A stretch of 64,000 nt of DNA, taken from positions 11,896 to 75,895 of the forward strand of contig JAPDJO010000035.1 of NCBI GenBank assembly GCA_029259115.1, read 5' to 3'. A program made the translations under genes and the position numbers. Of this stretch, positions 49,438-61,728 are shown in pieces (the stretch's first letter is position 1; each line of letters starts with the position of its first letter). The notes below the pieces were generated by a model that was not told where the DNA came from, ran no database searches, and saw only the letters and a program-made list of their open reading frames with translations. Origin of the DNA: Thermoplasmatota archaeon. GTDB taxonomy: Archaea > Thermoplasmatota > E2 > DHVEG-1 > B18-G2.

Positions 49438-50712
49438 ATGAGTCAGAAGAGTTCACGCATCCCAGGCTTCTATAAGCTCACGGTAGAAGAGAGGTTGGAG
49501 AAGGTCTCCCAATTTGCAGAATTGAATGAGGAGGAAAAACTCTGCTTCTTGAAGAATGGAGATCTCTCTTTAGCGATAGATAAAGAGATAGCTGACAGGA
49601 TGATAGAGAATGTGATAGGAATATACGAGCTTCCTCTAGGTATAGCAACAAACTTTCTGATAAATGGGAAAGATTATCTTATTCCAATGGCTATAGAAGA
49701 GACGAGCGTTGTTGCAGCAGCGAGCAATGCAGCAAGGATAGCAAGGGTGAGAGGTGGTTTTGAAGCAGAAGCCAGCGATCAGGTTATGATTGGTCAGGTA
49801 CAACTCTTGCATGTTCCCGATATAGAGAAGGCTATAAACAACATCTTAAAGGCTAGAGAAAATCTCCTAGAGGTTGCAAATCGGCAGGACAAGGTTCTGG
49901 TTAGTTTAGGAGGGGGAGCAAAAGATATAGAAATTAGGAAACTGGGAGAAAATGAGATGCTGGTTGTTCATTTACTAGTTGATGTTAAAGATGCCATGGG
50001 TGCAAACGCTGTAAATACCATGGTAGAAGCAATAGCACCTTTACTGGAAGAGATAACTGGAGGAAAAGCTAGATTAAAAATAATATCGAATTTGGCTGAC
50101 AGAAGATTAGCTAGAGCCAGAGCTGTATTTGATAAAGAGGCTATGGGTGGAGAGGATGTCGTTGATGCATTCCTAGAAGGTTACAGGTTTGCTCTTCTAG
50201 ATCCTTATAGAGCTGCAACCCATAACAAGGGAATAATGAATGGGATAGATGCTGTAGCTATTGCTACAGGAAATGATTGGAGAGCCATAGAGGCGGGAGC
50301 GCATGCGTATGCTGCCAGAGATGGTACCTACAAACCTCTAACTAGATACTGGAAAGATGATGATGGAAATCTGGTTGGAGAGATTGAGTTACCTATAGCT
50401 GTTGGAGTAGTTGGAGGAGCTGTATCCATTCATAAAAAGGCACAGATATGTAGGAAGATTCTTGGAGTTAAGACAGCGAAGGAATTGGCTATGATTCTAG
50501 CAAGCGTCGGTCTTGCTCAGAATTTCGCTGCTCTACTGGCTTTATCTACCGTTGGTATCCAAAAGGGACACATGGAACTCCATGCTCAGAATATTGCGGT
50601 AATGGCTGGAGCTAAAGGGGATCAGATAGATGAGGTTGCTCAAAGGATGATAAAGGAGGGAAAAATAAGATTAGATAGAGCTAAGGAGTTGATGAAGGAG
50701 TTATACGGTTAG
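49438..50712 (+). CDS. mvaA: Class II (bacterial-type) HMG-CoA reductase
   Basis: ENVIG, PMAIEETSVVAA, DAMGANAVNT, RAATHNKGIMNG, GIQKGHM. Confidence 0.94.
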   Translation: MSQKSSRIPGFYKLTVEERLEKVSQFAELNEEEKLCFLKNGDLSLAIDKEIADRMIENVIGIYELPLGIATNFLINGKDYLIPMAIEETSVVAAASNAARIARVRGGFEAEASDQVMIGQVQLLHVPDIEKAINNILKARENLLEVANRQDKVLVSLGGGAKDIEIRKLGENEMLVVHLLVDVKDAMGANAVNTMVEAIAPLLEEITGGKARLKIISNLADRRLARARAVFDKEAMGGEDVVDAFLEGYRFALLDPYRAATHNKGIMNGIDAVAIATGNDWRAIEAGAHAYAARDGTYKPLTRYWKDDDGNLVGEIELPIAVGVVGGAVSIHKKAQICRKILGVKTAKELAMILASVGLAQNFAALLALSTVGIQKGHMELHAQNIAVMAGAKGDQIDEVAQRMIKEGKIRLDRAKELMKELYG

Positions 50713-50752
50713 AAAATCATCTTCTATCGATCTTTAAGAAAACTACATTCTA

Positions 50753-50822
50753 TGCTAGATAAAATCTAGCAAAAAATTTAAATACCGTTCTTGCATTATA
50801 CTTTGCTAGATAAAAGCTAGCA
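50753..50822. promoter_or_regulatory. Two near-identical 19-bp palindromic operators flanking a TATA box
   Basis: TGCTAGAT-AAA-ATCTAGCA (50753-50771) and TGCTAGAT-AAA-AGCTAGCA (50804-50822); TTTAAATA at 50777-50784; AGGTGA RBS at 50823. Confidence 0.7.
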
Positions 50823-50832
50823 AGGTGACAAA

Positions 50833-51504
50833 ATGCTAATGAAGAGTAGAGTGTTAGCGATAGGGTTGATATTAATGATAATCTTAACATCTGGTGTTCC
50901 GATATCAGCAAAGGATAATAGAAAGACTTGCACTGATCCAATCATAGCAGGAATTATTGTCCTCGAGGGATTTGGATTTAATAATGGTAAAATAGATCTG
51001 TGTGCATCTGTTGACCTCCTTTCAGGAAATTACATAAAAGCAAAACCTGGAACATTAATCTTCATAAAGGTGCATGTATTGATCTGTATCAAAGCACCTC
51101 CTGACACTGGATTCAGATTAGTTGCAAAGGCGAAAATGAACCAGAGAAGTTTGACCTTTAAAGGTTGTTCCCCACCAAATGGGCTTTTACATCTAGTTCC
51201 ACCGGAAACTTTCTTTTGCGTTGCAGCTCCTATAATTCCAGGTAAAACAAAAGAAGTATCACTCGTCGCTACGATAAAACTCACCTTCGACAATGGAACC
51301 ACTATAGAAGACAGTGACATGGAAGTACTAAAAATAAAGACGGAGTGGTCATTTAAAGAATCTGTAACGTGGAAGGATCACAGAAATCCCACCAAGAGAA
51401 AGAACAGCCAGGTAGATATTGAAAAAATGATTTTTCGTAGGATGATCCCAAGATCTCTAAACAGACTCTTGCATTATATTGTTTCCTCTGAGCCTAAGTT
51501 CTAG
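50833..51504 (+). CDS. Hypothetical secreted protein (beta-rich, five Cys)
   Basis: Signal peptide MKSRVLAIGLILMIILTSGVPISA; RBS and TATA box upstream. Confidence 0.65.
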   Translation: MLMKSRVLAIGLILMIILTSGVPISAKDNRKTCTDPIIAGIIVLEGFGFNNGKIDLCASVDLLSGNYIKAKPGTLIFIKVHVLICIKAPPDTGFRLVAKAKMNQRSLTFKGCSPPNGLLHLVPPETFFCVAAPIIPGKTKEVSLVATIKLTFDNGTTIEDSDMEVLKIKTEWSFKESVTWKDHRNPTKRKNSQVDIEKMIFRRMIPRSLNRLLHYIVSSEPKF

Positions 51505-51526
51505 TGATCTTTTCGAAAGATGTTCA

Positions 51527-52962
<1,436 letters not shown>

Positions 52963-53046
52963 TTATAAGAGAGATAAATATATTCGAACTAAAATATAAA
53001 ATTATTGCAAAACCTATTAATATGGAGTAAAGGATAAAGTGATTGC

Positions 53047-54009
53047 ATGCAGAGCAGAGAGGAGGAGCTGAGTAAGCTCTACGAAGTTCTTGATAGAGAA
53101 GATCTCGAAGAAAAGATTGAAAATAAGTACATAGAAAGCGTGAGAAGAAGGTTGTCTAGGGAATATGTTTCCTTTCATACGAGTATTATGTCCCATCCTA
53201 TAACAAAAGCTCTGCCAAAACCGAGGGTTAAGATCTTTGGAGGGATGGAAGAAAAGACAAAAGAGGAAAAGAAAAAAGAAGAGGAAGAAAAAGTGAGAGA
53301 GGAAAGGAAAGAGACGGAAGTTGAGGATCTTTTTGAAATTGAAAAGATTAGTGAGGAGGAACTGAGGAAGTTGGAAAGAAAGGAAAAGGAAATTCCTTCT
53401 GCGTCAGAGATAAAGGAATTTGCTAAGGTTCCAAAACCCGTAGAAGAAAGAGTGGTATCTAGGGATAAATTCATCGAGGTTGTATCGAGGATAAAGGGCA
53501 TAGGGAAAAAGAAGGCAGAGGTTCTATATGAGAGCGGTTATAACTCCTTTGATAAGATAATAAAGAGTGAGCCCGAGGAAATAGCTGAAAAGGTTAAAGG
53601 TTTAAGCGTGGAGATCGCCAGAAAGTTAAAGAGAGAAATCTTGGAGATTTTACCCAAGATGGAAGAAGAATTCGGCCAAGTCTATCTACTTGAAGAGAGT
53701 GGTAAAGAGAAGAGACAAGTTGAAAGGGAGATATCAAGAAGCGATACAGAGTTCAAGGAGGAGCTTCCAGAATGGGTAACCATAGATAAGGTACCAACAG
53801 ATGAAGAGCCTGTAGAATGGAAGAAGATCGAGGAGAAAGAGCCCTACAGGTATGAGGATTATACGCTCTACAAGGTGGAAAAGAGAGGAAAAATAAAGTA
53901 TGTATTCAGCAAGAAACCTATCAGGAATGGAAAACCCTGTCAAATACCAAAAGGATATATCGTTAGAGTAAACAAAAAAGGTAAACCCTCTTTGGAAAGG
54001 GTTAAATAA
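53047..54009 (+). CDS. Charged protein with helix-hairpin-helix domain and small basic C-terminal beta domain
   Basis: IKGIGKKKAEVLYESGY..VKGLSVEIARKL (HhH2); E/K-rich linkers; C-terminal YTLYK..YVFSKK..IPKGY. Confidence 0.7.
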   Translation: MQSREEELSKLYEVLDREDLEEKIENKYIESVRRRLSREYVSFHTSIMSHPITKALPKPRVKIFGGMEEKTKEEKKKEEEEKVREERKETEVEDLFEIEKISEEELRKLERKEKEIPSASEIKEFAKVPKPVEERVVSRDKFIEVVSRIKGIGKKKAEVLYESGYNSFDKIIKSEPEEIAEKVKGLSVEIARKLKREILEILPKMEEEFGQVYLLEESGKEKRQVEREISRSDTEFKEELPEWVTIDKVPTDEEPVEWKKIEEKEPYRYEDYTLYKVEKRGKIKYVFSKKPIRNGKPCQIPKGYIVRVNKKGKPSLERVK

Positions 54010-54033
54010 TCCTTTTTTCTGTAGTTCTTAACT

Positions 54034-55503
54034 ATGACTTGGAACGGACCAATTAGAAAGATAGATGACTACAGATTCGAGATTCCAAAAGATTATAGAG
54101 GTAAATCTGGAAATTTGAAGATGAGAGTCCCCGGTTTAGTTTATGTGGACGAAAAGATGCTAGATCAGGTTAGGAAAGATGACTCTCTTGAACAGGTAGC
54201 GAATGTGGCAACCCTTCCAGGTATAATTGGTAAATCCCTAGCGATGCCGGACATACATTGGGGGTATGGCTTCCCTATTGGAGGAGTAGCTGCTACGGAT
54301 GCAGAGGAAGGAGTAATCTCTCCTGGAGGAGTGGGATTTGATATAAACTGTGGAGTGAGACTGGTAAGAACAGATTTGAGTATAGAAGATCTAAACAAGG
54401 ATTTAATCAAGAGTTTGGTTGATAGATTATTTGAAAATGTGCCATCTGGATTGGGATCAAAAGGAAAAGTGAGAGTATCAGTAAAGGAGTTAAACGAGGT
54501 TTTGGAAAATGGGGCAAGGTGGGCAGTCGAGCACGGATATGGTTGGGAAGAGGATTTGGAAGTGTTAGAAGAAAAGGGTTGCATGGAGATAGCTGATAGT
54601 AACTTGATATCAAATAAAGCCAAGGAGAGGGGTCTATCTCAAATAGGATCCCTAGGTGCTGGAAATCATTTTCTAGAAATTCAAAAAGTCGAAGAGATAT
54701 ACGACAGAGAGGCAGCGGATGCATTTGGATTAAGAGAGGAACAAATTACAGTGATGATACACACCGGCTCGAGAGGATGCGGTCATCAGATATGTAGTGA
54801 TTATCTTAGAGTGCTAGAATCTGCTGTTAAGAAGTATGGAATTTCTTTGCCAGACAGGCAACTTGCGTGTGCGCCTGTCAATTCCAAAGAGGGTGAAAAC
54901 TACTTCAAGGCGATGGCATGCGCAGCGAACTTTGCATGGTGCAATAGACAGATGATAGTTCATTGGGTGAGGGAAAGCTTTCATCAGATTTTTAAGCAAG
55001 ATCCTGAAGACTTGGGAATGCACATAGTTTACGATGTTTGCCATAACATAGCTAAATTGGAGGAGCATAAGATCGATGGAAAGAAAATAAAGGTTTATGT
55101 TCATAGGAAAGGAGCTACAAGGGCTTTTGGACCAGGAAGAGTAGAGATTCCAGCAAAGTATAGAGATGTGGGTCAACCTGTTCTGATTCCAGGAGATATG
55201 GGTTCAGCAAGCTACGTTCTCAAAGGGACGGATTTGGCTATGAGAGAGAGTTTTGGATCAACATGCCATGGTGCAGGAAGAGTAATGTCAAGACATGAAG
55301 CTTTGAGGAGATGGAGAGGAGAGGCTGTATTTAACATGCTTCAGAAGAAAGGGATCTACGCTCATCCAGCAAGCTGGAAAGTTATGGCTGAAGAGAGCCC
55401 TGAAGCTTACAAGAATGTTGATGATGTTGTAAGAATAACCCACAACGCAGGAATCTCAAAGAAGGTTGCAAAGCTAGTACCTCTTGGCGTTGTCAAGGGT
55501 TAG
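54034..55503 (+). CDS. rtcB: tRNA-splicing ligase RtcB (no intein)
   Basis: [41 protein letters not shown]. Confidence 0.96.
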   Translation: MTWNGPIRKIDDYRFEIPKDYRGKSGNLKMRVPGLVYVDEKMLDQVRKDDSLEQVANVATLPGIIGKSLAMPDIHWGYGFPIGGVAATDAEEGVISPGGVGFDINCGVRLVRTDLSIEDLNKDLIKSLVDRLFENVPSGLGSKGKVRVSVKELNEVLENGARWAVEHGYGWEEDLEVLEEKGCMEIADSNLISNKAKERGLSQIGSLGAGNHFLEIQKVEEIYDREAADAFGLREEQITVMIHTGSRGCGHQICSDYLRVLESAVKKYGISLPDRQLACAPVNSKEGENYFKAMACAANFAWCNRQMIVHWVRESFHQIFKQDPEDLGMHIVYDVCHNIAKLEEHKIDGKKIKVYVHRKGATRAFGPGRVEIPAKYRDVGQPVLIPGDMGSASYVLKGTDLAMRESFGSTCHGAGRVMSRHEALRRWRGEAVFNMLQKKGIYAHPASWKVMAEESPEAYKNVDDVVRITHNAGISKKVAKLVPLGVVKG

Positions 55504-55596
55504 AGTAATTATCCTACTGATGATATCTTATCCATCCTCGTTTCTGTTGCGTTAATTTTATAGAAGGAAAATGAATCCAAGTTTTGGTGATGGGGG

Positions 55597-56943
55597 ATGG
55601 AGATTACAGAGATGAAAGAGTGGGAGAGGATATCTGCTCACTCCCATATCCTCGGCTTAGGATTAGATGAAAATTATAAAGCTTTGAGAAAAGCCGATGG
55701 GATGGTTGGACAGACAGAAGCTAGAGAAGCAGCTGGAATAGTTGTTAAGATGATAAAAGAAGGAAAATTTGCTGGAAATGCTATACTTATAGCAGGACCG
55801 CCAGGAAGTGGTAAAACAGCTTTAGCTATAGGTATAGCGAAAGAGCTCGGTAAAGATGTTCCTTTTGTTCATATTGCTGGAAGTGAAATTTACAGTACAG
55901 AGATTAAAAAGACCGAGTTCTTAACCCAGACATTAAGAAGAGCAATAGGAGTTAGGATTCATGAGATGAGAAAGATATATGAAGGGAAGATTGAGAGCCT
56001 AGACATAGATTATGTTCAACACCCCTACAATCCTTATCAGAAAATTCCAGCATCAGCAACAGTTACTCTAAAAACAAGGGATGAGAAGAAGAGGTTGAAG
56101 ATGGATCAATCTTTTGCTATGCAGATTTTACAACAAGGCATAGAGGGTGGAGACATAATACAGATAGACGTAGATAGTGGAAGGGTTGTTAAAGTAGGAA
56201 TATCAAAAGATGCTGCAGAGAAGAAAGGTTATGATTTATCATACGAGAGGGTACTAGACACTCCAAGTGGCCCCATAGTCAAGGAGAAAGAATTCATCTA
56301 TACCTTAACCTTAAATGACCTTGATATGATGAGGTCAAGGTCTGGAATGGACATAGCTTCTCTGCTGTTTGGTTTTTCCGAGAGGAAGGAGATAGGTGAG
56401 GATGTAAGAAAAAGAGTGGATGAAGAGGTCAAGGAACTAGTAGAGGAAGGCAGAGCCGAACTAATTCCGGGTGTATTATTTATAGATGAGTGCTCAATGC
56501 TAGATATAGAAACCTACGCTTTCTTAAACAAGGCTATGGAGCAAGAGCTTTCACCAATAGTAATATTTGCAACTAACAGAGGGATAACAACAGTGAGAGG
56601 GACAGATATCAAGTCTCCTTTTGGTATGCCCTTGGATCTCTTAGATAGGCTTTTAGTCATAACTACAAAGAAGTACAGTAGTGAGGATATGAGAGACATT
56701 ATACTAGCGAGGGCATCAAAAGAAAACATAAAGATAAGCGATGATGCTCTCAACTATCTGGTGGAGATAGGGGAGAATTCTTCCTTGAGGTATGCAGTCC
56801 AACTTTTAGTTCCAGCATGGGAAGTGGCAAACAAAAACGAGATAAAGAAAGAGCATATAGAGAGAGTATACAAACTATTCTCTGATGTAAAGAGATCTGT
56901 CGATTACCTTCAGAAGATGGAAAAAGAAATGATTTATGGCTAG
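55597..56943 (+). CDS. TIP49/RuvB-like AAA+ ATPase
   Basis: AHSHILGLGL, GQTEAREAAG, GPPGSGKT, PGVLFIDE, ATNRG, DLLDRLL, SLRYAVQL. Confidence 0.93.
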   Translation: MEITEMKEWERISAHSHILGLGLDENYKALRKADGMVGQTEAREAAGIVVKMIKEGKFAGNAILIAGPPGSGKTALAIGIAKELGKDVPFVHIAGSEIYSTEIKKTEFLTQTLRRAIGVRIHEMRKIYEGKIESLDIDYVQHPYNPYQKIPASATVTLKTRDEKKRLKMDQSFAMQILQQGIEGGDIIQIDVDSGRVVKVGISKDAAEKKGYDLSYERVLDTPSGPIVKEKEFIYTLTLNDLDMMRSRSGMDIASLLFGFSERKEIGEDVRKRVDEEVKELVEEGRAELIPGVLFIDECSMLDIETYAFLNKAMEQELSPIVIFATNRGITTVRGTDIKSPFGMPLDLLDRLLVITTKKYSSEDMRDIILARASKENIKISDDALNYLVEIGENSSLRYAVQLLVPAWEVANKNEIKKEHIERVYKLFSDVKRSVDYLQKMEKEMIYG

Positions 56944-56973
56944 AAAGGGATAAGTTTAAGAACCTATTTCATA

Positions 56974-57738
56974 ATGGTAGAACCTATGGAAGAAGTTACA
57001 CTAATAGAGTTCAAAGAGGTAGATCTTAAAGGTGGGACAATAATAGCTGGATTTCCATCAATAGGGTTAGTAAGCACGATTGCTGCCAATTATCTAATAG
57101 ATTCTCTTGGTCTAAAACAAATTGGAGCGATGGACTCTAAATTCTTCCCAACCTTATCTGTTGTTCATTCCGCTGAACCTCTTTCTCCAGTCAGGATATA
57201 CGCTGGTATACCTGATAAGGGTAAAAAGATTGCAATATTTGTATCTGAGTTTAGACCTAAACCAAATCTAATAGCTCCAATAGCAGATGTTATAATGGAT
57301 TGGGCAGAGAAGAAAGGTTGTAAGTTGTTGATATCTCCCGAAGGGATGGTTGTTGAAGGTAAAGAAATGGAGGTTGTAAAGAGAGAGAGTGCATATGCGA
57401 TAGGTTCAACCGAAGATGCTAGGAATATGCTTATACAGAGAGGGATTCCTCAATTCAAAAATGGAATCATAGCTGGGGTTTCTGGAGTTTTACTAAATAA
57501 AGGTAAATACAAGAACTTTAATGTAATTTCAATCCTCGCCGAGGCTCATCCAAACTATCCGGATGCAAGAGCGGCAGCAGCAACGATAGAGGTGATAGCT
57601 TCTTTGCTTGATCTGGAGATAAATGTTGCTCCCCTATATGAAGAGGCAGAGAGAATAGAACAGCATCTTCAGAAATTACATAAACAAGCTAAGCCAGTAG
57701 TTACGCATGATCATGGTCTTGGACCGATGTATGGATGA
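56974..57738 (+). CDS. PAC2-family proteasome assembly chaperone-like protein
   Basis: GFPSIGLVSTIA, PVRIY, YPDARAAA, C-terminal MYG. Confidence 0.88.
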   Translation: MVEPMEEVTLIEFKEVDLKGGTIIAGFPSIGLVSTIAANYLIDSLGLKQIGAMDSKFFPTLSVVHSAEPLSPVRIYAGIPDKGKKIAIFVSEFRPKPNLIAPIADVIMDWAEKKGCKLLISPEGMVVEGKEMEVVKRESAYAIGSTEDARNMLIQRGIPQFKNGIIAGVSGVLLNKGKYKNFNVISILAEAHPNYPDARAAAATIEVIASLLDLEINVAPLYEEAERIEQHLQKLHKQAKPVVTHDHGLGPMYG

Positions 57739-58481
57739 TGAAAATACCGAAATCTCATCCCAGATACGAATCCCTTACTATAAGGGAGAAACTAGCAGAA
57801 GGTTTTAGAAAAGGCTTTGTTCATGAAACCGGGCTTATAGCTCATGGAAGGGGGGAAGCCTTTGACTACCTCATTGGAGAAAAGACTATAGATATTTCCA
57901 ATGATGCAGAAAAAGTAGCTACCGCTCTGCTCCTTGTTGCTGAGAATCCCGTTATTTCTATAAATGGTAACACTGCAGCACTCGTCGGTAAAGACTGTGT
58001 CGAGCTTTCTAAGAAGATTCCAGCCAAATTGGAAGTCAATCTTTTCCATAGATCAGAGGATAGGATAAGAAAGATAGTCATGGAATTGAAGAAATTTGGT
58101 GCTGATCCTGTTCTTGGAGAAAATCCAGATGCCAGAATAGAAGGTCTCGATCATCCTAGGGGATTGTGTTCTAGGGAAGGGATATACAGCGCTGATGTTG
58201 TTCTTGTGCCTCTCGAGGATGGAGATAGATGTGAGGCTTTGATCAAGATGGGGAAAAAAGTTATAGCAATAGATTTAAATCCTTTATCTAGAACCTCCCA
58301 ATCGGCAACGATAACGATAGTAGACAATGTTGTGAGAGCCATACCAAATATGATCAAATGGACTGATATTTTGAAGGACAGACCCAAAGAATACCTAGAA
58401 GCTCTAGTAAACTCTTGGGACAACGAGAAATATTTGAGAGATGTTTTGAGCTACATTTCAAAAAGAATAAATTCTATCTGA
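57735..58481 (+). CDS. 4-phosphopantoate--beta-alanine ligase (archaeal phosphopantothenate synthetase)
   Basis: IPKSHPRYESL, AHGRGEAFDYLIGE, VPLEDGDR, IDLNPLSRT. Confidence 0.93.
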   Translation: MMKIPKSHPRYESLTIREKLAEGFRKGFVHETGLIAHGRGEAFDYLIGEKTIDISNDAEKVATALLLVAENPVISINGNTAALVGKDCVELSKKIPAKLEVNLFHRSEDRIRKIVMELKKFGADPVLGENPDARIEGLDHPRGLCSREGIYSADVVLVPLEDGDRCEALIKMGKKVIAIDLNPLSRTSQSATITIVDNVVRAIPNMIKWTDILKDRPKEYLEALVNSWDNEKYLRDVLSYISKRINSI

Positions 58482-58495
58482 ACATTTCTCTAGCC

Positions 58496-59797
58496 ATGAA
58501 ATCATACAGAACTCATTACTCTAAAGAGTTAAGCGGAAATGATAATGGAAAGAAAGTTATAGTAGCGGGATGGGTAGAAGATATAAGAAATCTCGGATCC
58601 ATAGCTTTTATAATATTGAGAGATAGAAGGGGCACTTTACAGATAACCACTTTCAAGAAACAGCACAAAGAGATTTTCGGAAAGTTGGTTTCTCTGAATA
58701 GGGAGTCTGTGATTTCCGTGAGAGGAATATGTAAGGCAAATGAGAAAGTGAGAAATGGCTATGAAATCATACCAGAAAAAGTTGAGATTCTTTCCCTAGC
58801 TGATGCACCTCTTCCAATGGGAGTTGTGGATAAAGTTAACGTTGAGATGAATACGAGATTAGATAATAGATTTATAGATTTGAGAAGAGAAGAGGTTAGG
58901 GCTATCTTTTTGATAAGAGATTCTCTCATAAACTCTGCTAGGGAATTTTTGAGAAAAAATGGTTTCATAGAAGTTCACACACCAAAAATAATAGCGAGCG
59001 CATCAGAAGGTGGAACGAATCTATTTAGGGTAAAATATTTTGAAAAGGATGCATACCTAGCTCAATCCCCTCAACTTTACAAGCAGATGCTGATGGCAAC
59101 TGGTTTGGATAGAGTTTACGAGATAGGATGGTATTTCAGAGCCGAGGAGCACAATACAAGGAGACATCTCAATGAATCAACAGCTATAGATATTGAGATG
59201 GCTTTCATAAAGAATGAAGAGGATGTTATGAAGATACTCGAAAGACTAGTTCAACACATATGTAAAAGAATCTACAGGATGGAGGAGTTATCTATACTAA
59301 ATGTTGATATCCGTGTTCCTTCTCTCCCTCTACCAAGACTGAAATATGAGGATGTTTTGGATATATTGAAAGAGAAAGGTTTTGAGTTACAGTGGGGAGA
59401 GGATCTTGGCAGTGAGGAGGAGAGAGCTATTGGAGAAGTCATGAGAGAAGAAGGTAAAGATTTCTATTTCATAACAAAGTATCCTCTAGATGCAAAGCCA
59501 TTTTACACGATGCCAGATGGGAGTTTATCAAGATCTTTCGATTTGGGATGCAAAGGCATAGAGATAGCATCTGGGAGTCAGCGTATACACGATTATGAAT
59601 TGCTTAGGGAGAGGATAGAAAAGAATGGTCTAAAACCAGAGGATTTTCAGGACTATTTAAAGGCATTTAAATATGGCATGCCCCCGCATGGTGGATTTGG
59701 TATGGGAATAGAAAGATTGCTAATGGCATTACTTGACATAAAGAATGTGAGAGAGTGTATACTGTTCCCGAGAGATAGAACTAGATTGAGACCTTAA
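58496..59797 (+). CDS. aspS: Aspartyl-tRNA synthetase (archaeal type)
   Basis: RLDNRFIDLR, LAQSPQLYKQ, FRAEEH..RHLNE, PPHGGFGMGIER; start at ATG 58496. Confidence 0.95.
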   Translation: MKSYRTHYSKELSGNDNGKKVIVAGWVEDIRNLGSIAFIILRDRRGTLQITTFKKQHKEIFGKLVSLNRESVISVRGICKANEKVRNGYEIIPEKVEILSLADAPLPMGVVDKVNVEMNTRLDNRFIDLRREEVRAIFLIRDSLINSAREFLRKNGFIEVHTPKIIASASEGGTNLFRVKYFEKDAYLAQSPQLYKQMLMATGLDRVYEIGWYFRAEEHNTRRHLNESTAIDIEMAFIKNEEDVMKILERLVQHICKRIYRMEELSILNVDIRVPSLPLPRLKYEDVLDILKEKGFELQWGEDLGSEEERAIGEVMREEGKDFYFITKYPLDAKPFYTMPDGSLSRSFDLGCKGIEIASGSQRIHDYELLRERIEKNGLKPEDFQDYLKAFKYGMPPHGGFGMGIERLLMALLDIKNVRECILFPRDRTRLRP

Positions 59798-59804
59798 AAA
59801 AGAG

Positions 59805-59889
<85 letters not shown>

Positions 59890-59932
59890 AACAGAATAAA
59901 TATTAGAAAAAGAGTTAAAAAAATTTTATCAT

Positions 59933-60100
59933 CTACAGAGAGATAGCTCCTTGGGGGCAGGCGTCTACGCAAGCTCCACATTCTATGCATTTTGACTCGT
60001 CTATTTTAGCTACATCATCTAGAGTTATTGCTCCGTTTGGGCAGGCGTCTACGCAAGCTCCACAACCCACACATTTACTTTCATCAACCTTTGCCGGCAT
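59933..60100 (-). CDS. 2x[4Fe-4S] ferredoxin (55 aa)
   Basis: [55 protein letters not shown]; GGAGGT RBS; below the ORF-track length cutoff. Confidence 0.93.
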   Translation of the reverse strand: MPAKVDESKCVGCGACVDACPNGAITLDDVAKIDESKCIECGACVDACPQGAISL

Positions 60101-60149
60101 GTCCTTTAACCTCCCTAAATTCTGCCCTGAAAAAGAATTTCACATATAA

Positions 60150-61181
<1,032 letters not shown>

Positions 61182-61418
61182 TTACTTCTTTTTAGCCAAA
61201 AGTCTGTCTATTTTTCTTTCTATCCTTCTCTTTTCATCCTTCGAAGGTTCTTGATACATCTTGTCTATCTTCTCCTCAACCATAGATACATGTTCCCATT
61301 CTTTCCTAGGAGGGGTTGTAGATGAAGGTATACCAAAATCAGAGGAATATAACGTTTCTTCGTACTCAACTCTTATTCCAATTATGTCCCTCTCTTTTTT
61401 GTTCTTTTTTGATTTCAT
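61182..61418 (-). CDS. Small hypothetical charged protein
   Basis: 78-aa ORF ending 3 nt before the trm56 start, same strand. Confidence 0.5.
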   Translation of the reverse strand: MKSKKNKKERDIIGIRVEYEETLYSSDFGIPSSTTPPRKEWEHVSMVEEKIDKMYQEPSKDEKRRIERKIDRLLAKKK

Positions 61419-61505
61419 TAATATCCCTTTAAGATTAAAAGTATAGGATATTGATAAATTTTTCCTGATGGCTAAATTTAAAAGTCAGAATTATATCCCT
61501 TAACT

Positions 61506-61579
61506 GGGCTCGTAGTCTAGTTGGTTATGACGTCGCCTTCACGAGGCGGAGGACGGGGGTTCGAATCCCTCCGAGCCCA
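61506..61579 (+). tRNA. tRNA-Val (CAC)
   Basis: GGGCTCG/CGAGCCC stem, TCGCC-TTCACGA-GGCGG anticodon arm, TTCGAAT loop; TTTAAAAG box about 25 nt upstream. Confidence 0.95.
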
Positions 61580-61648
61580 TCCCATTAAAGAAAAAGATAA
61601 AATTACCTTTCTATATACCCAAAGCACACTTTCCGAAAACAATGATTT

Positions 61649-61720
61649 GCCCCGGTGGTGTAGCGGTTATCATACGGGCCTGTCGAGCCCGTGACTCGGG
61701 TTCAAATCCCGACCGGGGCG
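61649..61720 (+). tRNA. tRNA-Asp (GTC)
   Basis: GCCCCGG/CCGGGGC stem, CGGGC-CTGTCGA-GCCCG anticodon arm, G73. Confidence 0.96.
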
Positions 61721-61728
61721 TAATTTTT

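Noticed and set aside
55504-55596. C/D-box sRNA between rtcB and the TIP49 gene (TGATGA at 55518)
   Set aside because: No downstream CTGA D box at suitable spacing.
59955-60064. 26-bp direct repeat pair as a mini-CRISPR or att site
   Set aside because: Only two copies, in frame and 84 bp apart, encoding the two Cys motifs of a ferredoxin; no cas or integrase genes nearby.
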